Part shown: in pieces, positions 49,635-58,353 of the stretch
Layout of the letters: every line of letters starts with the position of its first letter
Numbering within the stretch: the stretch's first letter is position 1
NCBI GenBank assembly: GCA_039811685.1
Contig: JBDHZC010000001.1
Coordinates: 352,001 to 416,000 of the forward strand
Reading direction: 5' to 3'
DNA: 64,000 nt
From: Armatimonadota bacterium
GTDB taxonomy: Bacteria; Armatimonadota; UBA5829; DSUL01
Notes under the pieces: model-generated
What the model was told of the DNA's origin: nothing
Database searches by the model: none
Seen by the model: the letters and a program-made list of their open reading frames with translations, nothing else
Program-made: the position numbers and the translations under genes

Positions 49635-50524
49635 CAGCTTCCGTAGCTCACCCAGCGTCTGGTGATAGAGAGCTGTGCCAGCGTCACGCACAGGATCATG
49701 AGAAACAGTACAAATGCCAGCGCACTGGCGTATCCAAGCTTGAAGGAGGTGAACGCCTGCGAGTACACGTGGTAGACATACACGCTGGTCTGTGGCGTGG
49801 GGGCGCCACCCGTCATCATGTAAATCTGCGTGAAAACCTGAAACCCGGCGATGACAGACATCGTGAAGATGAAAAGTGTGGTGGGAGACAGAAGCGGCCA
49901 GGTGACATGTCTGAAGGTCTGCCAAGGGTTCGCCCCATCAATGCGCGCAGCTTCGTAAAATGAAGAACTGATACCCTGCAGTCCGGCGAGATACAGTACA
50001 GCATTGTAGCCCAGTCCCGCCCAGACACTCATCAAAATGATAGCAGGCATCGCCCAGTGGGGATCGGCCAGCCATCCAGGCGCGCTATGGACAAAAGGCA
50101 GAGCCAGGAGGACCTTGTTTATGATCCCGTAATCCGGGTTGTACATCAAGCGCCAGACGATAGACAGGGCGACGAGGCTGGTCATACTTGGCAGAAAAAA
50201 GATGACACGAAAACCAGCGACGCCCCAGATCTTCCGGTTCATGAGCAGCGCAATGGCCAGGGAGACGACCATAGCCAGAGGCACGGTGGCAAAGGTGAAG
50301 TACAGGGTGTTGCCGAGCACCTGCCGCAAGACATCCCCATGCACAACTTCCGTCCAGATTTTGGCGTAGTTGGCCAGTCCTACATATCGCGGTGGCGTTA
50401 GAATATCCCACTCAAGAAGACTCACCACAAACGCGCCGATGATTGGAATCACAGAAAAGAAGACGAGGCCGACCAGACTCGGCGCAAGAAACGCAGCCGC
50501 CATCACCCCACCGCGATTTCTCAT
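49634..50524 (-). CDS. carbohydrate ABC transporter permease (MalF-type)
   Basis: LAGLQGI..SFYEAARIDGA and GYASALA. Confidence 0.93.
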   Translation of the reverse strand: MRNRGGVMAAAFLAPSLVGLVFFSVIPIIGAFVVSLLEWDILTPPRYVGLANYAKIWTEVVHGDVLRQVLGNTLYFTFATVPLAMVVSLAIALLMNRKIWGVAGFRVIFFLPSMTSLVALSIVWRLMYNPDYGIINKVLLALPFVHSAPGWLADPHWAMPAIILMSVWAGLGYNAVLYLAGLQGISSSFYEAARIDGANPWQTFRHVTWPLLSPTTLFIFTMSVIAGFQVFTQIYMMTGGAPTPQTSVYVYHVYSQAFTSFKLGYASALAFVLFLMILCVTLAQLSITRRWVSYGS

Positions 50525-51891
50525 TGCGCGACTGCCCCCTCCCTGCGGTCGCCTTGACGTTTGGCGTCTCGAATAATAGCGTTAATGGCGCTTGTGAGCT
50601 GTCTGGCGGCTTTGTCAGGGTCTTTGCGTGCCGTGAATATCTGTGTCAGTGTCGAGAGCACCAACTCATCCACCGCCCCCGTGTTCGGGTCCACCTCCAG
50701 TGGCCGCGCATAAGCGGCCACGTCCAGAAACACTCGATCGTGCTCAGGTGGATTACGCGGGTCAAGGAAAACGGGAGACTCGGCGACAGAGATGAAGGAC
50801 GGCATATCGCGCCCCGTCCGCGCCTGGTGGATCTGCCCCTGCACGCCGGTCAACCACTGCATCAGCTTCCAGGCTTCTTCCAGATTTGGCCCGTTCTTTC
50901 GCAAGACATAGCAGTTTGCAAACAGTACTGTCGCTTTCTCTTTTTTCATTGGCGGTGGACCGACATCCCAGCGCACGGGTCGCCCATCCGGGTATTTTGC
51001 GTCGCGGAAGCTCAGGCACCCCCACCGGCCCTGGATAAACATGGCCTGCCGCCCGTTCCGAAACATCTCCCCTCCTCCACCCAGATCCTGCGCCTGCTCA
51101 GGAGAAGGGAAGATACCGTACTTATACTGGCAGTCTCTCAGAAAACGAAGAGCTTCCAATGCTGGAGGCTGATCCAGAAGACAGCGCGACATATCCGGCG
51201 TGAAAAGCCTGCCGCCGTTCTGCCAGATCCAAAAAGCCAATCCGTCTGTCTGGGTCGGCGCATCGCACGCAAACTGATCCAGCCGGCCATCTCCATCCAG
51301 GTCTTTTGTCAGCTTTCTCCCCGCAGCAAGAAAATCTTCCCAGGTCCAGCCTTCGTGTGGATACGGTAGGTGGGCTGCATCGAACATGTCCTGATTGTAG
51401 TAGAGAACGAACGTCGTCCACCCTCTCGGCACACCGTAGAACTTCTGGCGATACTTCAGGGCTGGCAGCAGCTCTGGAAACATCTTGTCAACAGGGAATT
51501 TGTCTCGCCTGATCAAATGGTCAAGAGGTTCCAGCGCATTGCGGTAAGCAAAGGTTGGAAGCTGGTTGTAGGCAAGCTGCATGATATCTGGCGCGACGCC
51601 TGCTGCGAACTGAATCTTCAGACGCTGATAGTACTGCGCGCCAGGCACCTGCTGTATTTCGATAGAAACGTTGGGATGCTGCTCTTTATAGCGATCCAGC
51701 AGGCGCGTGAGCGAAGCGAGTCCTTCAGGACCTTCCCAGCAAGCCAGCGTCAGGTGGACAGTGCCCTTAGAGCTGCTGCTCCGGCTGCACCCACCGGCGG
51801 CCAGCAGAAGAAGCAGCAAGAACCCTGCAACAGATGCGGCGCAGAACCGCCGTGCCAGCAGTTGACCTTGTGCTGTCGCAGATTCCCTCAT
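50521..51891 (-). CDS. sugar ABC transporter substrate-binding lipoprotein
   Basis: Lipobox-like AGGC; APDIM, LYYNQDMFD and WTWEDF. Confidence 0.92.
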   Translation of the reverse strand: MRESATAQGQLLARRFCAASVAGFLLLLLLAAGGCSRSSSSKGTVHLTLACWEGPEGLASLTRLLDRYKEQHPNVSIEIQQVPGAQYYQRLKIQFAAGVAPDIMQLAYNQLPTFAYRNALEPLDHLIRRDKFPVDKMFPELLPALKYRQKFYGVPRGWTTFVLYYNQDMFDAAHLPYPHEGWTWEDFLAAGRKLTKDLDGDGRLDQFACDAPTQTDGLAFWIWQNGGRLFTPDMSRCLLDQPPALEALRFLRDCQYKYGIFPSPEQAQDLGGGGEMFRNGRQAMFIQGRWGCLSFRDAKYPDGRPVRWDVGPPPMKKEKATVLFANCYVLRKNGPNLEEAWKLMQWLTGVQGQIHQARTGRDMPSFISVAESPVFLDPRNPPEHDRVFLDVAAYARPLEVDPNTGAVDELVLSTLTQIFTARKDPDKAARQLTSAINAIIRDAKRQGDRREGAVAQ

Positions 51892-51902
51892 GGCTTTGCG
51901 GA

Positions 51903-53465
51903 CTAGGATTTCTCAGGCCTTATCCGGTCCGGCGCCGGAGGATTGATTGTCTTCTGCGCCTTGATATAGGCCTTAATCGCTTCGCGGGTTGTCGCTTTCA
52001 ACTCTGAGACAATCTCAATTGATGGAGCCAGCTCCATCATCTCCATCATTATGTAAGACTGCGCAGCGACTGTGTACTGCTTTTCCGGATTGATGGGTTG
52101 ATCGCCAACGAGAAAGCTCGAGATAGTTGGCGCCTTGTCCTTGAGTTCATATCCAATCCGTCCGCCTGAGATCACCAGGGTTACGCGATTTTTCTTGGCG
52201 AACTCACCGTTCAGGGCAGTCTGCAGATCCCGGCCGCTCATACGCCCGACAATTATCTGCTGCCGTGTGTAGCCCCCTATCAAGTAGTACGCTTCGCCTG
52301 CCAATATTTCGCCGCCTTTGAGACCATCTGGTGGAACAGACGCAGCGTCAATGACTGAGACATCACTCTTGGCAAACCATCTCACAGCATCCGCCACCAG
52401 ATCACTAGCAGGAGTTTCACCATTGCCACCGGCTACTGGCGCTGTTGCCGTTCCGAGCGCTTCACTGAAAATGCGCTGAACGCGATCCTTGTACGGTTGG
52501 TATTCGCGCAGGACAGCCGGGTCTTCCGCTACGTCCGACGTTAGGGCGATGAGCGGTCCATCCGGGTATTTTTTTCCAAGCGCAGTTCTTGGAAGCCTGT
52601 TCCAGCTCTGCCCATCTTTCCCGTTGACAGAAACAATCGTCGCCCCACTTTCATCCTTACGAACAATGAAATCCATCCGGCCGAGATTGCGCGCATGCCA
52701 GCCTGTTTGCCCGATTAGAGTATTTCCGACCCACGTCCACTCAGACAGAGTCGTGTGCGAATGGCCGCCGACGATAAAATCAATACCCGGCACTTCCGCA
52801 GCCAGCTTTTTGTCCACGACTGCGCCAATGTGAGACAGAACTATCACAACATCTGCCTGCTTGCGTAGCTCGGGCACATATTTTTTTGCGGTCTCTATCG
52901 GGTCCTCAATGACGATATCTTTGATATTCGGCGGCCAGTGCAGAGTGATCGTGTCGAGTGTGGTTAGTCCGAGAATCCCCAGCCGGACGCCACCTACATC
53001 CATAAAAACATACGGCTTCAACTGGTCCCACTGTCCGTCTCCCGCCGCATGGACATTCGCTGAGACAAAAGGGAAATGGGCGCTTCTCATCACCGCTTGG
53101 AGCACCGGCAGGCTAAAATCGTATTCGTGATTGCCTGTAGCCGCGATGTCGTACCCCGCAACGTTCATAGCCCCGATGATCGCCTGGCCGCCAGAGTAGT
53201 ACTCCTCTGGCTCGCCGTGGATAATATCCCCGGCATCAAGCAACACAACGTTCGGCATTTCGGCCCGAATTTGCTTCACAAGAGTTGAGACGCGGCTGAC
53301 TCCGCCTTGGCCGTCTGAAGGCGAGACGTTGCTGTGCATATCGTTGGTATGCAGAAGAGTAATCAAGGTGTATTGCGGCTCGGCAGATATACGCTTTGCG
53401 GGCAGGATAAACGCCACGAGCGCGGACAGAATCAGAAATGAAAACAAACTAGAATATCGAGTCAT
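51903..53465 (-). CDS. secreted bifunctional metallophosphatase / 5'-nucleotidase
   Basis: HTNDMHS, DAGD, GNHEYD, LSHIG and GGHSH; C-terminal 5'-nucleotidase domain. Confidence 0.9.
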   Translation of the reverse strand: MTRYSSLFSFLILSALVAFILPAKRISAEPQYTLITLLHTNDMHSNVSPSDGQGGVSRVSTLVKQIRAEMPNVVLLDAGDIIHGEPEEYYSGGQAIIGAMNVAGYDIAATGNHEYDFSLPVLQAVMRSAHFPFVSANVHAAGDGQWDQLKPYVFMDVGGVRLGILGLTTLDTITLHWPPNIKDIVIEDPIETAKKYVPELRKQADVVIVLSHIGAVVDKKLAAEVPGIDFIVGGHSHTTLSEWTWVGNTLIGQTGWHARNLGRMDFIVRKDESGATIVSVNGKDGQSWNRLPRTALGKKYPDGPLIALTSDVAEDPAVLREYQPYKDRVQRIFSEALGTATAPVAGGNGETPASDLVADAVRWFAKSDVSVIDAASVPPDGLKGGEILAGEAYYLIGGYTRQQIIVGRMSGRDLQTALNGEFAKKNRVTLVISGGRIGYELKDKAPTISSFLVGDQPINPEKQYTVAAQSYIMMEMMELAPSIEIVSELKATTREAIKAYIKAQKTINPPAPDRIRPEKS

Positions 53466-53960
53466 TGGTGTAACAGTACTTTTCAGAACAGCGCGGAGAT
53501 GCCGGGGTGCTCGGTCTCCAATCAGGTAGAAGAAGTCCCACAGTCGTAAACCGAGATCTCTCCGGACCGCTGGACAATGCCGGCCGAAAGAATGCAACCG
53601 TTTACGCAACTCCTACTCTTTACTCCGGACTTTCACCGGCGTCAACCTCAATCCCTGCAAGAATCCGCTTTGACACTTACTTCCAATTCTCACAGCCTCT
53701 GTCGCGCCCCTTGTGACGGTGACGAAATCTCTAGAAGTGGGCCCCTGTGCCGATTGTCACGACATCCGGCTGCAACTTTCCAATTTCCGTCGACCGGCAG
53801 TCTAAAAACGGCTCTGCTTCCCATAGTCGGCAAAGAAGCCGTAGAGAGATTGATGACATGTTTGAAAGTTTTGTGAAGCGTGCAAAAATCGCTGCGACAC
53901 GAAGGACAAGGCTAGAATATCAGAGAAAGCTCTAGCAGACTCAGGAGGAATACACAGTTC

Positions 53961-55019
53961 ATGTATAAGATCGCAGTTATCCCAGGAGACGGCACTGGCC
54001 CAGAGGTAACCCAAGAAGCCCTGAAAGTCTTGCAGTCCGCGAGCAAGAAGTATGGCTTTGAGTATGAGACAACAAACATTGATTGGGGCGGAGACCGCTA
54101 TCTGAGCACAAATGAGGTCCTGCCGGAGAACGCTTCCGATAGTTTGCGCAAGTTCGACGCTGTACTTCTGGGAGCCATCGGACACCCAGACGTGCGCCCT
54201 GGAATCCTGGAGCGCGGCATTCTCTTGAAGCTGCGCTTTGAACTTGACCAGTACATCAATCTTCGCCCGTGCAAACTTTACCCAGGCGTCTGGACCCCTC
54301 TAAAGGACAAAGGCCCGGAGGACATAGACTTTGTCGTTGTTCGCGAAAACACCGAAGGCGCGTACGTTGGGATGGGTGGAGTCTTCAAGAAAGGCACCCC
54401 TGATGAAGTCGCCATTCAAGAGGATGTCAACACGCGAAAGGGTGTCGAGCGCTGCCTGCGCTATGCGTTTGACTACACGCGCAAGCGCAACAAGCGAAAT
54501 ACGCTCCTCCTTTGCGCAAAGACCAATGTTCTCACGTACGCGCACGACCTCTGGGAGCGTGTCTTCAACGAAGTGGGAGACAAAGATTACCCGGACATCA
54601 AACGCGAATACGCCCATATTGACGCCACGTGCATGTGGATGGTGAAAAATCCGGAGTGGTTTGACGTAATAGTGACTCCCAACATGTTTGGAGACATCAT
54701 CACCGATCTGGGCGCAATGGTGCAGGGCGGAATGGGCATTGCGGCAGGCGGTAACATCAACCCCGAAGGCGTATCTATGTTTGAGCCCATTGGAGGCAGC
54801 GCGCCGAAGTACACAGGCCAGAATATTATCAATCCGATGGCGGCAATCTGCAGTGTCCAGATGATGCTGGAGCATCTGGGAGAGGACAAGGCAGCGGATG
54901 CTGTGGACAAGGCCGTGGCGTGGGCCACTTCCGAGAAGCTCGAGAGCATGTCCGCCGGCAAGATGGGTTACTCGACATCCGAAGTCGGTGACCTGATAGC
55001 TGAGCGCATAGCCTCCTGA
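53961..55019 (+). CDS. leuB: 3-isopropylmalate dehydrogenase
   Basis: IPGDGTGPEV, VVRENTEG, NMFGDIITD and FEPIGGSAPK; AGGAGG RBS. Confidence 0.88.
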   Translation: MYKIAVIPGDGTGPEVTQEALKVLQSASKKYGFEYETTNIDWGGDRYLSTNEVLPENASDSLRKFDAVLLGAIGHPDVRPGILERGILLKLRFELDQYINLRPCKLYPGVWTPLKDKGPEDIDFVVVRENTEGAYVGMGGVFKKGTPDEVAIQEDVNTRKGVERCLRYAFDYTRKRNKRNTLLLCAKTNVLTYAHDLWERVFNEVGDKDYPDIKREYAHIDATCMWMVKNPEWFDVIVTPNMFGDIITDLGAMVQGGMGIAAGGNINPEGVSMFEPIGGSAPKYTGQNIINPMAAICSVQMMLEHLGEDKAADAVDKAVAWATSEKLESMSAGKMGYSTSEVGDLIAERIAS

Positions 55020-55030
55020 AGAAAACAGTC

Positions 55031-56350
55031 GTGCGCGCTCGTGTGAAGAAAAGTCCAGGTGTTACAGCACTCAAGATTGCAGTGGCCGGACTGGCACTAG
55101 TGCTGTTCAATGGATGCGCCCAGCGGCCTGCGACGGACACGCTGCAGATTCGCTGGGTCGCAGATCCGAACCCTGTCAGGTTGAAACAGATTGCAGGCTT
55201 TGAGCGGGACAATCCCAGAGTGAAGGTAAATCTGGACCCAGACGCAGGAAGCCAGAAGGTGCTGACACAGCTTGCCGGCGGCATTTATCCGGATTTGTTT
55301 GCCATCTACGATCCGGCGTCTATCCAGGTGTTCGCAAAAAAGGGCGTCCTCGAAGACCTGCGCCCGCTAATGAAGCGGTACGGCATTGAGGAGTCGGAGT
55401 TTTGGCCGCAGCTCAAACCTTATATGGAACATCAGGGCATCATCTGCGGGCTCCCGGACAACTGTGGCCCTTACGTCGTGTTTTACAACAGGCGCCTCTT
55501 TCGTGAGGCCGGTGTGGCGCCACCAGAGGAGGGATGGACGTGGGATGATCTGATGGACAAAGCCCGCAAGCTTACCCAACGGGACAAGCGCGGCCGAATT
55601 ACCAGGTTTGGCATCGGATACATCGAACCCTGGATTCTGTTCTGGCAGTATGGCGGGCGAATGTTCTCACCCGACGGTAAGCGGTGCGTCATCGACTCCC
55701 CACAGTGTAAGGCGGCTGCCCGGTACTGGGCATCATTCCGGCTGACAGAGCATGTCACACCAACGGCATCTGAGGAGCAGAGTCTGGCAGCGTTGGGCTC
55801 CTGGGGCGGAGCCGGCAATCTTTTCAAAGCAGAGAGACTGGCAATGTATGTCGCCGGCCGGTGGATGAGCATCGAGTACCGCAAGAACAAGAACCTCGAG
55901 TGGGACGTCGCTCCTGTGCCCAGGCACGGCCAGGCACGAGACACGCTGCTCGCGAGCAAAGTCTACGCCATCCCGAAGGGCTGTAAGAACAAGGAAGAGG
56001 CGTTCAAGTTTCTCCGACATCTGATCAGCAAAGAGGGCGAACTGCTGGTAGCGTCCACTGGCGATGGCATACCAAGTATTCGCCGCTTTGCGGAAACGCA
56101 GCAGTTTCTCTTCAACCCTGAGTTTCCGAGCGAGCGCAACAATCAGGTGTGGCTGGACGAGATGAAGTACGCCAGACCACCTGAGCTCTCTCCTTACGTG
56201 TCAAATCTGGACACGCAGACTATCTTTGATGAGGAGATGGACGTAATGTGGCAGGGCGGGCAATCGCCTGAAAAAGCCTGCGAAAACATTGCGCGCCGCG
56301 TGACTGCGCTCATTCGGCGAAACATCGCCAACCCTAACCTGATGGACTGA
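55031..56350 (+). CDS. sugar ABC transporter substrate-binding lipoprotein
   Basis: Lipobox-like FNGC; YPDLF, FYNRRLF and WTWDDL. Confidence 0.9.
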   Translation: MRARVKKSPGVTALKIAVAGLALVLFNGCAQRPATDTLQIRWVADPNPVRLKQIAGFERDNPRVKVNLDPDAGSQKVLTQLAGGIYPDLFAIYDPASIQVFAKKGVLEDLRPLMKRYGIEESEFWPQLKPYMEHQGIICGLPDNCGPYVVFYNRRLFREAGVAPPEEGWTWDDLMDKARKLTQRDKRGRITRFGIGYIEPWILFWQYGGRMFSPDGKRCVIDSPQCKAAARYWASFRLTEHVTPTASEEQSLAALGSWGGAGNLFKAERLAMYVAGRWMSIEYRKNKNLEWDVAPVPRHGQARDTLLASKVYAIPKGCKNKEEAFKFLRHLISKEGELLVASTGDGIPSIRRFAETQQFLFNPEFPSERNNQVWLDEMKYARPPELSPYVSNLDTQTIFDEEMDVMWQGGQSPEKACENIARRVTALIRRNIANPNLMD

Positions 56351-56353
56351 CAC

Positions 56354-57367
56354 ATGTCTGCCAACTCAAAGCATGATTCTTTTGAGACGCCAGCGGACAG
56401 GCTTTCAAGCCTGAGAAATCGTCGTCGCCCCGGGTCTCAGCATTCCAAAGAAGCTCTGGCTGCGGCCGGGTTCCTGACGCCCAACCTCATCGGGTTCATG
56501 ATATTCACCTTCATTCCCGTGTTTGCTTCGTTTGCTATGGCGTTCACCAACTGGGATCTGTTCCGCACACCCCGCTGGGTCGGGTTTTTCAACTTTGCTT
56601 CCCTGCTCGGCTGGCACTACGACGACTATCTGAAGCAGACCGTGATGAATGATCCGTTCTTCTGGAAGTATGTTTACAACACGGTCTTTATGATGCTGGC
56701 CATCCCGCTCGGAATTGCCGGCAGCCTCTGTCTGGCGCTGTTGATGAACCAGAAGATCAGGGGCATAACACTTTTTCGCACAGTGTACTTCCTGCCAACT
56801 GTTTGCTCGGGAGTGGCGATCCTGGTCCTGTGGAAATGGCTCTACAACGACAGCATCGGCTTGATCAACACGCTGATCCGCGCTTTTGGAGACCTTGTGC
56901 ACATCAATCTTACTGGCCCTGACTGGCTTGGGGATTCTAGCTGGGCCAAACCTGCGCTGATGTTGATGGGGCTCTGGACTGGCCTTGGTGGCTTCAACAT
57001 GATTTTGTATCTGGCTGCGCTGCAGGGTGTACCGAGAGAGTTGTACGAAGCAGCCGCCATGGACGGAGCAGGTTCGTGGAAGAGCTTCTGGGCTGTTACG
57101 TGGCCAAGCATCAGTCCCACGACCTTTTTCATTCTCATCATGAGCGTGATAGGTGGTTTTCAGGGTGGCTTTATGCAAGCTAATGTCATGACAGGAGGAG
57201 GTCCCGCAGGCTCCACTACGACCATCGAGTACTACATCTACAACATCGCTTTCACCCGCTTCTTGATGGGCTATGCCAGCGCCATCGCCTGGGTGCTGTT
57301 TGTTGTGATTCTGGGCTTGACGCTGGTGACCTGGAGGATGGGCGGAAAGGTGGTGCACTATGCGTAG
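56354..57367 (+). CDS. carbohydrate ABC transporter permease (MalF-type)
   Basis: LAALQGVPRELYEAAAMDGA and MGYASAIAW. Confidence 0.93.
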   Translation: MSANSKHDSFETPADRLSSLRNRRRPGSQHSKEALAAAGFLTPNLIGFMIFTFIPVFASFAMAFTNWDLFRTPRWVGFFNFASLLGWHYDDYLKQTVMNDPFFWKYVYNTVFMMLAIPLGIAGSLCLALLMNQKIRGITLFRTVYFLPTVCSGVAILVLWKWLYNDSIGLINTLIRAFGDLVHINLTGPDWLGDSSWAKPALMLMGLWTGLGGFNMILYLAALQGVPRELYEAAAMDGAGSWKSFWAVTWPSISPTTFFILIMSVIGGFQGGFMQANVMTGGGPAGSTTTIEYYIYNIAFTRFLMGYASAIAWVLFVVILGLTLVTWRMGGKVVHYA

Positions 57368-58232
57368 CGCTGTTCCGCGCTCTTCTACTGATGGTCAGAT
57401 GGCCCAGTCTCGCTCTGCGACCAGGACGTGCGTCATCTATCTGCTCCTGACCCTTGGCGCGCTGACAATGATCTTTCCTCTGTACTGGATGGTGCTCACC
57501 AGCCTGGAACCTGGAGACGTCGCCTTTTCCTCCGGGACTATCCACTGGGTTCCGTCGAAGTTTGTGTGGTCCAACTATCCGGAGGCGTGGAAAGCCGTGG
57601 ATATTCCCCGCCTCTACTGGAATAGCATTCTCGCAGCGGTAATCGGGACGGCAGGGCAGGTCTTGACCAGCAGCATGGCCGCCTACGCGTTTGCCAGGCT
57701 GAGCTTTCCCGCTAGGGACAGGCTGTTCTTTGCCTATCTCGCAACGATGATGATTCCCGGCTCAGTAACGATGATTCCCAACTTTGTTTTGCTTCGCTGG
57801 TTGGGCTGGATCAACACGTATCAGGCTCTGATTATTCCAGGGATGTTCAGCGCCTACGGAACATTTCTGTTGCGTCAGTTCTTCATGGGACTTCCGACTG
57901 AGCTGGAAGACGCCGCCAAGATCGATGGCTCGGGATATGCAGGCATCTGGGCGCGTATCACCTTACCGTTGTCAAAGCCTGCGCTCGCAACTTTGACAAC
58001 ATTTACCTTCATGGGTTTCTGGGGCTCCTATATGTGGCCCCTGATTATCATTCAGAGCGCAGATCTCCGAACGCTGCCTATTGGGCTTGCGTCGTTCGTG
58101 GGGCGATACACAGCGGAATACAGCCTCTGGATGGCCGCCTCCGTAATAGCGCTCGTGCCAGTCCTGGCGCTGTTTATGTTCAATCAACGTTACTTCCAGG
58201 AAGGCATCAAAATGTCTGGGATCAAGGGATGA
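57360..58232 (+). CDS. carbohydrate ABC transporter permease (MalG-type)
   Basis: AAYAFARL, FLLRQFF and ELEDAAKIDG. Confidence 0.93.
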   Translation: MRSAVPRSSTDGQMAQSRSATRTCVIYLLLTLGALTMIFPLYWMVLTSLEPGDVAFSSGTIHWVPSKFVWSNYPEAWKAVDIPRLYWNSILAAVIGTAGQVLTSSMAAYAFARLSFPARDRLFFAYLATMMIPGSVTMIPNFVLLRWLGWINTYQALIIPGMFSAYGTFLLRQFFMGLPTELEDAAKIDGSGYAGIWARITLPLSKPALATLTTFTFMGFWGSYMWPLIIIQSADLRTLPIGLASFVGRYTAEYSLWMAASVIALVPVLALFMFNQRYFQEGIKMSGIKG

Positions 58233-58353
58233 GACTCGCGCGTGGAGGATTGTTCTGACCTACACCGATACGAAGCCATCTGAGGGGTTTGCACCTCAGC
58301 TTATCCGCGTCATATTCCACAACTCTTCCGCCGCCCCAGGCGAAGGGTTCAAC

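Noticed and set aside
53466..53960. T-box or Leu-rich attenuator upstream of leuB
   Set aside because: No T-box consensus, and no convincing short Leu-rich leader followed by a terminator
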